Assembly (NCBI GenBank): GCA_034780895.1
Contig: JAUZTB010000107.1
Span: 92,467,482-92,531,481, forward strand
From: Rhynchobatus australiae
Taxonomy: Eukaryota
Length of the DNA: 64,000 bases
Reading direction: 5' to 3'
A model generated the notes under the pieces. It did not search any database and was not told the DNA's origin. It saw nothing but the letters and a program-made list of their open reading frames with translations. Position 1 is the first letter of the stretch. Each line of letters opens with the position of its first letter. Shown here one piece after another: positions 37,436 to 48,960 of this stretch. The translations under genes and the position numbers were made by a program.

Positions 37436-40094
37436 TTACATTGAAAATGAAGAGGAGATTGGGTTGAAAAGTCAAACCAGAAAATGCTTCATTTTAAAAA
37501 TTCTCTTTCTATAACACATCTAAGCATTTGTTTACTCAAACTACCTTAGGACAGGAGTTTTGTATGTCTTATCACCTTTTGTATCTGGATTTTGTTTGTT
37601 GTTTTGCTCTGTGTGCAATGTGCCTGAAACCAGATCATCTACTATGTTGTATGACTTGCATATAATGTCACAACTTGGCTACATAGCCTCCAGACTTTCC
37701 AAATCAAAAGATGAAAGTCTATTATCCTCAATGCATGGATAAAAGGGGAAGCTCTGTCAATTCAGGAAGACAGGGCTTTTTTAATTAGTACTGTGACCAC
37801 ATATTAAAAACTGTCTCATATGTCCAAGGTAACCCATTCCCAATATTTAAATGCACACACATCCAAAGAGAATGGATCTGTGATTTACAATTTAAAGACG
37901 CATTTTATGAATTTTGCATTGTGCTATCTTCCATAAGATTCAGGTAGCCTAGACCACGTTCACCTCAATGCACTCTGCAAAATTTTTAAAGTTAATCATT
38001 CATTTCAGGTCTCTTTCCCCACCTCAGAATGGGTATTTTTGTCAAGGAAACAATGATAATGTTATTATTGACAATGAGATCCCATTGCATCTCCTGGGTG
38101 CTGCAAGAAGTCAGAGCATCAGGGGTTCTCCACTGAAAGAGGAAGCAACTCCACCACCCAACAGATTGGCTGATGAACATCAATTAGCTACCATGTGAAA
38201 ATCTGAGAACAGAAATTATAGTATTCTCCACTGCAGTAATGTGATGCATTTTGTGAAATATACATGTGTATCTTAAAACCAGTATCACCCATAACTTAAA
38301 TGTACAAAAGAAATAGCTAAACATATGGTTGCACCTGGAAACGATAGGGTCCTGAACTACAGACCTAGCCTACAAACCTCACCTTCCCCCATGGCTTTAC
38401 TCACTGGTTACATGTGATAGAAGCACTGTTATTGTCAGGAACAGCTCAGCACAGAATCTGTACCTTGATGAGGAGAATGACTTTACTATGTGGTTTTCCA
38501 AAGCATTTGTAGTTACAGGGTAAACTGTACAACAGAACACGCTAAATGGTACTGATCTGTGTGACCAATGGTCATAAAGTACAATACTCATGCTATTATC
38601 CTCAGAACTCATCTGGCATTGCAGCTTAAAATGTACTGTAGGAAGTTCATGCTCTATACAACAAACATGTTGAGGTATATTTAATAGTATTCTTATTCAA
38701 GACAGAGCATGATAATTTAATCAGCCAGGTGGAATTAATGCCAATTCCTACAACTTATTCTCCATTCATATTCTTGTTATCACAGCCCACATTCTGCAGT
38801 CTGCCTTCTGCAGTTCAACAATATGCATTGCTCATAGTCTCTAATTTACCTGCTGATAGGTTTTTGTTGGAATTCTTTTAAGTTTGACAATGACAGTATC
38901 TCTGATGGGCAACAAAATGAAAATTGTTGAAACATCTTTCCATGAAGTATGGTGACAATCCTTTACTAATTTTGTCATTTACTCACATCCATGGACTTTA
39001 AATGTTGGACTATAATTCAGAGTCTTCAAATGTGTTATGCTCGGTAGTACCATTTGACTCCCATTGACAAACACCCATCTATTTTTCTGCCCACGTACAA
39101 GTTATGAGTCAGGACTGAAAAGTCCCTGCCGACCAGTACATTTAAAGAAGCCACATGAACAAAACAGAATCGGCAGTGACCTCTAGAGTCAGCCTGGGAT
39201 ATATCTTTACTGTAAATCTGAATTCTGCAGAACTGAGCCAAAGTACTAAAACATGAACAGAATAACAGGGAGGCACTGTTTTAGTCATACTGAGGCATAT
39301 CTATCTTAATGTGAAGCTCTGATGAAGAGAATACTTAACAATTAGCAGGAAACTTGGTTACATGGTATAATATTTCTAAAGTTAAGTACATAGTAAATAC
39401 TTAGATTGTTCAAAGTGCATACAAGATTTTAAGATCAGTCGACCCCGGACTCTGAAATATTGATTCAGTTAACACTGAATAGCAAACTATAGCGATCTGA
39501 ACAAGACAAGGTCATGTGATCCTGTGTGATTTTGGAGACAAGTCGCAGACAGGAAAAGATTCAATAAGGTAGCTTAATAAATTTCCCAATTCAACAGAAC
39601 ATAGTCATACCATCCTACTTTCATTTGTTTAAAAACACCTGACAAATACATCAAATTGAGGGGACAATGGTGTAGGCATACTACTTCTTTAGAGGTGAGT
39701 GCAACTGAGATTGAACATAGGATTCAAATCCAGAGCAACTTACTTATCAGAAATACATAGATCAGGGGACCTGATTTCGTGGGAACACTGGAGTTGTATC
39801 ACACATTTTGTCAATAGTAGAACATAACTCTAAGAATATTTTGTAAAATCAATTCATTTGTATAATAGAGCCCAAACTGCAGGTCATCTATTGTGCCAAG
39901 AAAGTCCTGGGCAGCCTCTAATAACAATAAAACATTACCCTGGGGAGAAATATGTCCTTGTGTGTAGCCACTATAGATATATGATATTGGAAATCACTAT
40001 ATATTGAAATTAGTTTCTGAAATTTGAAGTAAATAGAACTAAATTTTGGAACCAAGTCGACATAAGGGAATGAATTCCTACATCCAAAGTTTTA

Positions 40095-41600
40095 TTTCAA
40101 CAGCATTTATAGTGTAGCAACATGTTCCAAATCACTTTGCAGAAGTATTATCAAATACATTTTGATACCAAGCCACAAAAGGAGATATTGGTGAGATGAC
40201 CCAAAGCTCGTTCAAAAAAAGTAGGTTTTTAAGGAACATCTCAAAAGATAAAAGTGGAAAATAGTGAGGGAATTCCAGAACACAGAGCCTTGACAGTTAA
40301 AGCAGAGCTACCAATGATGGAGGGATTAAGAGCATAACATATCGAGGCAAGAGTAGGCCATTTGGTTTCTCAAGTTTACTCCACCATTCCATCAGGTAAT
40401 GGGAGGTCAGAGCATTGGTCCCCTTTAAGAACATGTGAAATGAGAACAAGGTCATTCAGCTCCTCAAGTCTGCCCTGCTATTAAACCAGATCACAACTGA
40501 TCTTCTACCTCAAATGCCAATTTCCTGCCCTATCCCAATATCTCTCAATGTCTTCAACATATAGAAAGTTCTGGCTCTCTGCTTTGAATATAGTTAGTGA
40601 CTGAGCCTCTACAGCCCTCTTGCATTGCAAAAAGTCCCTACCATCTGGGTGAAGAATTTTCTTCTTACCTCAGTACTAAAAGACCATTCCCATATTTTGG
40701 GGCAGTAACTCTTGGTTGCAGACACCCCAGCCAGGGGAAGCACAATCCCTAAGTGTGCCCTGTCAATCTCCAAAAAGAAACAAGCAGATTTCAATGAGAC
40801 CACTTCTCAGTTTTCCAAGCTCAATTGAGTATAGCCCCGGTCTCCTCATTCACTCCTCACAGGAATCAATCTGGTGAGCCTTTGCTGCACTCTCTCTATT
40901 GCAAGTATATCCTTCCTTAGGCAGGGATAAGCAAGAAGCCAGCACTGGAGAAGCACCGAGATCTTGGAGGGTAAGAGGAGGTTACAGAAGTTGGAAGGGT
41001 AAATAAGATTGAAAAGTTGAAAATTAGATGGAGGATTTTAAAATAGATCAACCATAACCTCGTCAAATGGTGAAGCAAGCTTGAAAGGTCAATTGGACTG
41101 ACCTTGCTACTGTTTTTTACATTTTTGTAAAGGTGTTGCTTAACAGAGAGGCAAAGTTAGTCAGCTAGTACAGGGAAGATGGTGAAGAAGAATTGATGAG
41201 CTGAAGATCTAGATGATCTCAAGTTTGTGGATAGTGTAGTTACCAAGAGGTAACTATCGAATTGATGAGGGTTTGAGCAGGAGATACCTTTGATGGACTT
41301 AGAGAGAAGAATTATTACAAAACTGCCAATAGGCAGATTGATGATGGCGCAAAGTTTGTCTCAGAGTCAGGTATGAAATCAATGTAGAGTTTGGTTCAGT
41401 CTTGGGACAGATGCCCGACAGTGGATGGGGTCAGTGACTCTGGAACTAAGTTTGTGACAATGACTTCAGTCTACCTGACATTTAACTGGAGGAAGTTTCT
41501 GCTCATGGAATGCTGGATGTAGGCCAGCAATGTGACTGTCCATGGACACTGGGGAAAGGCTGGCGAGAGAGAATTGAGCATTGTGAGCGTATGTGTCGAT
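40095..41600 (-). mobile_element. Old L2-like LINE interrupted by CR1 pieces
   Basis: L2-like tail at 40095-40330 (gcatttatagtg...aagccacaaaaggagatattgg) resumes at ~40930 and ~41125. Confidence 0.5.
40333..40925 (-). mobile_element. CR1 fragments (two 3' tails)
   Basis: gagtaggccattt, taagaaca...ggtcattcagctcctcaagtctgcc, tctgggtgaagaattttctt, gcaagtatatccttccttagg. Confidence 0.75.
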
Positions 41601-42443
41601 GTGACACTGATTTTAGAAAAAACTGGGATGTAAAAAAAGCTTGAGTGGAAGCAGAGGCACAAGCAGGCGTAAACTGACCTGCCCTTATGACCGCTTATGA
41701 GTTGAGAGCCTTCCAAATTCTGGAGGCAGAGACAAGCAGAAGCCGAGGAGAGAAAGGGCAGAGACCTTCCTCTGGCTCATGATCATACTATCCTTTCCCT
41801 TTCTTTCTATCCCAACTCACTCACTCCATGCCATTGGAATGCTGAAGTATGCACACAGTCAGAAGGATTTTCTCTGTTTGCTGAAAGTTCAAAGTAAGTT
41901 TTAAATGAAAATCAAAGTGATAGACTCACCCCTGATTTTCCACCCTTTTGTTTTCTCCCCCATTGCTGCCCGAGGCATTGGTCTGACTCGAGTTTAAAAT
42001 ACATGTTAAATCAGAGTGTCTGTGATACATTGGGAGCCTCCTGCCCCACTGTTGCAAATTAAATATCCTACTTGGAAAAATTGTCATTGGTAAGTTTTTG
42101 CTCAAGTCATTGGTCAAAAAGCAGAGCGTCCGAGAAGGCAATTGAAAAGACTGGATTGCTTCACAAAAATAATAAAAACTGCATCAGTAGGTGAATACAT
42201 TGGCCTGTTGACCAGTCTCATGTCAAAGGCTAGGCCTCCCATTATATTTTCCAGGTGATCATTCTGCACATACTGCTGGCTGTCTTTCCAAATGGTAAAA
42301 ATCACACTGATTGACTTTTCTGTTTGCCGTGATATAATACTGGCAGCTTAACTGACAGTAAGATATGTTTTTCTGTAAGTTCTTGGGGTTCCAACCTGCC
42401 AGATCTGCATTGCACCCTATCTTCTTAAACTTTTATTTAAGAC

Positions 42444-42725
42444 AAGATTAAGAAATCTTTATTAGTCACATGTACATCAAAACACACAGTGAAATGCATC
42501 TTTGCGTAGAATGTGCTGGGGGCAGCCCCCAAGTGTCGCCATGCTTCCAGCGGCAACAAAGAATGCCCACAACTTCCTAACCTGTATGTCTTTGGAATGT
42601 GGGAGGAATCTGGAGCACCCAGAGGAAACCTACACAGACGTGGGGAGAACGTACAGACTCCTTACAGACAGTGGCCAGAATTGAACCTGGGTTGCTGCTG
42701 CTGTAAAACATTATGCTAACCGCTA
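42444..42725 (-). mobile_element. tRNA-derived V-SINE-like element with Rex1-like tail
   Basis: Reverse-complement match to 61560-61891 and 63619-63880; B-box-like ggttcaattc on minus. Confidence 0.85.
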
Positions 42726-42730
42726 TATTT

Positions 42731-42821
42731 ATACAGCACAGTAACAGGCCCTTCCAGCCCAACGAGCCCGTTCCACCCAATTACACCCATGTTAACCTAC
42801 TAACCTGTATGTCTTTGGAAA
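42731..42821 (-). mobile_element. Truncated SINE with CR1-type tail
   Basis: atacagcacagtaacaggcccttccagccc...taacctgtatgtctttggaa. Confidence 0.65.
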
Positions 42822-43244
42822 AAGCAGAAGTTGGGCCAAATAGAATTGTACACTCTGTACTGTAGTTAGATGAGTGCTAGTAACAATATTTCTTATATAA
42901 TATATGCACTGTACTTTCATAATCCAACCAAATTATTTTTATTGAAACTTTTCTTTCAGCACTTGTTATTATTCAGCTTGCAATCATTGATTGGACATGG
43001 CTAGAAATAAGGGGATAGTCACAGGAGGTATACATTATAATAGCAGAATCACTATTAGCAATTGCTGTCCGAAAATAAGAGGGCAGTGGTAATGGTCTGA
43101 AATTATTGAGCTAATTGTTTGAGCCCAGGCTGCTAGAAATGGGTGAGTGCTGCTCTTTAGGCTTCTGTTGAACTTCATTGGGAGACTGAGGACAGAGAGA
43201 TCAGAGTGGTATTGGGGTAGAGAATTGAAACCTGCAGAGAGTAA

Positions 43245-43700
43245 TGGACTCATCCCAATGCATCACAGGTACATTCCTCCCAACCATCGAAAGTATCCAC
43301 ATGAGGCACTGCCTCAAGAAGGCAACATCCATCATCAGAGATCCCCACCATGCTGCTTCTCGCAGCTACCATTGGGGTCTGAGGACCCACACCACCGGGT
43401 TCAAGAACAGCTACTTCCTTTCAACCGTTCTGTTCTTGAACCAACCTGTATAACCCTAATCACTACCTCAGTATAGCAATACTGTGACCGCTTTGCACTA
43501 TAATGGACTTTGGTTTTCATGTTCTAATTGTGTTCCTTATTGTATAGTTTTGTATAATTTATATTTAAATTATATTTTCCTTGTGAGTGTTGTATCTCTG
43601 ATGCTATGTGCCCGTGATGCTGGTGCAAGTAAGTTTTTCATTGCACTTGTGCATACATGTACTTGTGCATATAACAATAAATTCGACTTTGAGTTTGACA
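43245..43700 (+). mobile_element. 5'-truncated Rex1/Babar LINE, second subfamily
   Basis: ORF 43244-43453: ITGTFLPTIESIHMRHCLKKATSIIRDPHH...RTHTTGFKNSYF...FLN; 3'UTR ends aataaattcgactttgagtttga. Confidence 0.85.
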
Positions 43701-43838
43701 GAGAGGCTAACTTGCACTTACNNNNNNNNNNNNNNNNNNNNNNNNNNNNNNNNNNNNNNNNNNNNNNNNNNNNNNNNNNNNNNNNNNNNNNNNNNNNNNN
43801 NNNNNNNNNNNNNNNNNNNNNGGCTAACTTGCACTTAC

Positions 43839-44060
43839 GTCTGCCCTTTCAGTTGAATGGAAGAGAACCTATGGCTCTAGTACAAAGAAAAATGAGTGAG
43901 TTCCTTCAGTGTTCTGGCCAACATCACTTAAAGACCTTTATTGATAACTATTGTTATTTATGAGATGTTAACATCTACAAATTGATTGCAGCATTTTTCT
44001 ATGATTCCAGAATGGTAATTTCTTAGAAGTAATTTGTTGACTTAGAAGCATTTCTATATG
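43839..44060 (+). mobile_element. Deu-domain SINE remnant (SacSINE1/AmnSINE1-like)
   Basis: gtctgccctttcagttga...cctatggctcta...gagttcc...gtgttctggccaac resembles the Deu core; related pieces at 45325-45480 (minus) and 52530-52745. Confidence 0.5.
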
Positions 44061-44599
44061 CATTGCGTAGGTGAGAGGCTGTATACCAATGCAAGCTTTT
44101 TTTAAACCCGAAATAAAAACAGGTTACTTGTTTATCATCTGACAGGATAAAATGTAAATAAAGTTCAGATACAAACCCTTAAGAAACATTGGTTTTGTTA
44201 CCCATAACACTTATTGTCAACTGACTCTTCTGCCACTGATGTTATCCTCAAGCTTCATTGTACCAAGCTGACTGGTACACTGATTTGAACATTTCAAATG
44301 AAAAGAAATCTCATTTTCTATTAACTGAAACCACAACCAGTTATTCTAATTGGCCTAACAACTACAGTATGGGCCTCAGGGGGAACCATTCCACAAATGT
44401 CGTCTCCCATTAGTGTCAACAGTTACACCAATCTGATTACATTCACATCAAGGAGGAGCAATTCTCATTTTTCTATAATGATTACTTACCTCATTTAATC
44501 ATTGGGAAAAATAAACAATTTAAATGTCAAAGTTAAACACTGGAGAAGATTCTAATCAACAAGATATTCACAAAGACTTCTTTGTCGCTATTTTCAATC

Positions 44600-47500
44600 C
44601 CATGAGTTTCAAATAAAAAGTGCAGAATTTGACTGAAAATTATTTTAAACCAGATAAGTACTTTAAACCTATGGATGCATCAACAATTTTTGCAAAAGAT
44701 TGCAATCTCAAAACAATAACTAGGTTTTATTCATATACATGCTGATGGACCAACTGTGTATTTACAGCATTTTCTACTTTTTTTACTTCAATATACCAGT
44801 ACCTGACAATAACAAACGGAGAACAACAATTAATGTATTTCCAAGACAATAACTTTAAAGATTGGACATGATCCAGCCAGATAACTAAACCAAACCAATT
44901 AAACTCCTTGGGTATTTGTTTCATTATCAATTGATCTAAGCATAGTAAAAACCACTTACCAAAATATAGGGAGCAATTACATGATCAAACTTTATCCATT
45001 TTAAGCAAATCCATACCAAACAGATCCAAACCTATCATCACTATATTCTGAAAGTATGTCCACATGAAATAACTCAAAAGTCACTAACAATTTAACATTA
45101 AAGTTTTCTGAACACAGTAATTTCTTCCATGTCTATCAATTTCAGATACATAAACAGCTTTGTATCACACTGTTACAAATTCATCAACTATTTCACATTA
45201 AAGAAACCCAAAGTCAGCATTAATTCTGCACATATCTACTTCAAACTCATCAATAATCCATGGCAAACACAACATCCAAATAAGAACCAATGTGGAAATA
45301 TGTAGCATCTTTGTTCTAAAGCATTTCACAGGCGATTAGTCTTGAAATGTAGTCACTGGTGATATGCAGACTTAACAGCCATTTGCACATAGCAAGTTCC
45401 CACATACTATAATTAAATGAAAAACCAGTTCACATGGTTTGTTTATGTGGGTTGAGGGATGAATTGAGAATTGATAGAGGGTTTGTAATCATTTAATCTG
45501 GAAAAGACAATGATTTTTGTAAAGGAAATATGAAATTAGCAGTGAGTTTGGAGTAACTGCCTTTAATGATTCTAAATGACAAGATGGCAATTCTAAATTG
45601 AACCATCAATTCAAAACACTCCAAAATGATTCACAAATCCACATCTCACTATTCCAGATGAAGAAATGCCAAAACCATTTACACTGCTACATTAATTCCA
45701 TGTCCAACTATTGCAAACTTATAAATAAGTCAGCACTCAGGAGATGATAAGCTCAACAATCCATATCAATTGCACACCAGTTATTTCATATTTACAGTGA
45801 ATTGCACAGCATAAGATTTTAAAATCACTTCTAGTTCTGAATTAATCCCACATCCAAAAATAAATATTACCTACTATCCCAGATCAATTAATGCAAATTT
45901 TCTGGCAGTTCACAACAAATGATTTCAAATTTGTTGGCAATTCTAAATCAGATGAATACAGAAATAATTATTCCATATGTTCTGTATATTCTTGTCTTTG
46001 GGGGATCTTAAACTTCATCTAATTCATTGATAATTCCATATTTCACTTCATACTTACAGATCAAATCACTGAAAGTTGCACATGTATTAAACTTAACTTT
46101 ACTGATAATTCCAAATGAAACTGAAATGCAGGGCAGTTCATGAATAAACTAATTATATTTACAAAGAATTGGGAATCACAGCTGACTTTCTGTATTTTTC
46201 CAAACTGAATGATTGCTGTATGTCTGATTGGCCAAACAATTCAGCTTGAAATTGTTACAACTGATTTTCGAGTAATGCATAGAATTTTGATCAATCCAAT
46301 TCTTCCTAGATTTAACATGGGAAGCAATTGTGGTTAAAGTTTTTCCAACTTTCTAAGATATTTCATTGTAAACAGCTCTACATGTCTCATATCCAAAAGA
46401 GCAACCTCTTGTTAGATTATTCTCAACTCTTTCCTTTCAATTTATTATAAATAATAAAGTTTCAGTCAAATTTATTAATAAATTCTTCAAGTGAAAACAC
46501 TTGAACAGCAAACAGTCTCTCAGATTTACAGAAAAGAAAAGGAAGATAGCTTGGAACAGAATTGTTTGCACAGATATACCCAAATCTCCATTGAATTTTT
46601 AAAAAATTATTCTAATTTACTTTCATCTATTGCAAATAATTCCATGTCCAAAATGATTTAAGTTCCAAATAATTCATTATTTCCAAACACTGGTTCTAAA
46701 CAAATTACATTTTTTTAAACCATTGAAATAATTTCAGTCAAATCACGCTAGGCCATTTATGTAAAACCATCCCAACTGTTCTGCATTAATCCACTTGAAA
46801 ACTTTGCACTAGTCTAACAATTCCTTTGTAATCTCTTCAGACCATTTCTTAACAAATTATTTTGAATGTTTCCTCTTTCAGCTAACACAAACAAACCTAT
46901 AAAAAGCTCTTTATAATGTGTTGGATTATCATCTTAATCTAAGCAAATGAATATCAAATTATTCTAACTTATTTCCTATCAAAGAATTCCAAACAATTTC
47001 TTCATACCAGTCTAAAACACACAATTAATTAAATTACCTAACTACTCCAAATTACTTCAAACATTTTTAGAGCATATAATTCCCTCGGAATGCACCTAAT
47101 CATATTAAATTATACCAAATTGACAAAGAAAATTGAACAAATGCATAACATAATTTGTTCACTGAACAATTTAAATCAAACTCAGATCTCAGCAAACAAC
47201 AACACCACCCTCCCATCAATATTTTATATCTCGGTTGCATACTACACAATCCCATATCTGGTAATTTCCCTTCTAAACAAATCTTCGCAAACTATTCCGT
47301 GCAAATACCATAGAAACCAGCTCATCAGCTCATAAAACAATTATCTGAAAAATAATTTCATGTGAAATTATTTAACATCAAATGTTTTAGAATCAATCTT
47401 TTCTGGCATATTAAACAGCTTTTTGTAATTGTTTAAAAACTATTTCCAATTAAACAATTTCACATCAACCTATTTCAGCAGTTCCCAATTCAAACATTTC

Positions 47501-48960
47501 CTCATCAATGTATTCCATAATTAACAATCAAACACCAAAATAATCCCCCATCAAACAATTCTTTGGCAATTCCTTCTCATGCAATTCTCTGTGCAAATGA
47601 CTCTTGATCAACAATGTTAACTGTTCCGCTGCAGAGTATTTGAATAATTCCCCACAGAAAATTATTCTCCTCCAAACAGTTCATGATCAAGCATTCAGAT
47701 AAATTAAAATAAAAAAACACAAAACAATTCCCACTCAGCAAACTTTAAGTAATTCTCAATTTCTTATTAAGATATTTCCTTGTAAATAATTTCCTATCCC
47801 AGAATAATTTAATTACAAACAATTTGTATTCAAATAATTATATTTAGGACATTTCTGCTCAAATATTTTCTTATTAAATTATTCCACGTTTAATTTCCAA
47901 ATCATTCAAAAGAATCACTTCAGACAATTTCCAAACTTTCCAATAATTTAGCAAATGTTTCCAACAAATACTTCTTTTAAAAATAATGTAATAGTTAAAA
48001 TGAATCCTAATCAAATATTTAAATTATTTTCCAACAAACTTTTCTACTGATACATCATAAAATAACAGACATATTTAAATGTTTTTAATTCCATTACACA
48101 TTACTCAATTCAAACTATTCTCTTATTCTTAAAAATGTCACAACAAATCAATCCAAATTATTTAATGACCAACTAATCAAAACATTCTCCCAATCAAATG
48201 TTGAACCTGAGCTGTAATTCTGTCCAGTCATTCTGTAACAATATTCAAATAATTAACTGGAGAACATTTGCTGCCAAACTATTCCATATAAAACTATTTC
48301 ATATCAAACCATCCCCTACTTTCTGCAGTCTAAATTATTATTCAATCAACTCTCCATGAAAACATATAATTAATCATATATATTTTAAATACTTGTATCA
48401 GTATATTCAAACACATACAAAGAAGTATTCAATTTCCTATCAGTATTTTCCAAGCAATTCCCAAACTACTTGAAACAATTCCCAAATATTCTAAATAATT
48501 CCATATGAAACTATTCCACATCAGAACATTGCATGCATTAATTTTCAATGAATGTGCTGTAATCTTACGAGTAGTTTCCTATTTGCTTCCAACTTATTAA
48601 ATTATTCCACAACAATTCCAGATTAAATTACTGCAAACAATTACTGCACACAAATTCTTATTATGTGGTTCTAAACATGCAAGCATTTCTTTATTAAACT
48701 AATATATATTTTAATTAGGATATTTTATCAGCCTATCTTAACCACTTCCTCATTAAGCATCCTGAATAATATATCTCTTACAATTCCATACCACATTGTA
48801 CTGCATATTTCTGACCTCATTGTTGACTGAAAACCTTGCCAACAAAAATCCTATTCAACCATTCTGAACAATTTCTTTGTAAATATTGAGATGGTTCAAT
48901 ACGAAATTGTTTACATGCTGATAGACAGAGATTGCAACCACGATGCATTCCAAATAATGG
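44600..48960. repeat. Degenerate ~15-bp tandem array, G-poor on plus (approximate consensus AAACAATTCCACATC)
   Basis: Recurrent aaacaattcc/aaactattcc/aaataattcc units, e.g. aaactatttccaatt aaacaatttcacatc and aaacatttcctcatc at 47437-47496. Confidence 0.7.
45325..45480 (-). mobile_element. Deu-domain SINE 3' remnant
   Basis: gaaatgtagtcactg...cagccatttgcacatagcaagttcccaca...ggttgagggatgaatt. Confidence 0.55.

Noticed and set aside
42255-42294. 40-nt plus micro-exon (ttttccag|...aatg|gtaaaa)
   Set aside because: Weak donor and no recognisable peptide; more likely part of a non-coding block.
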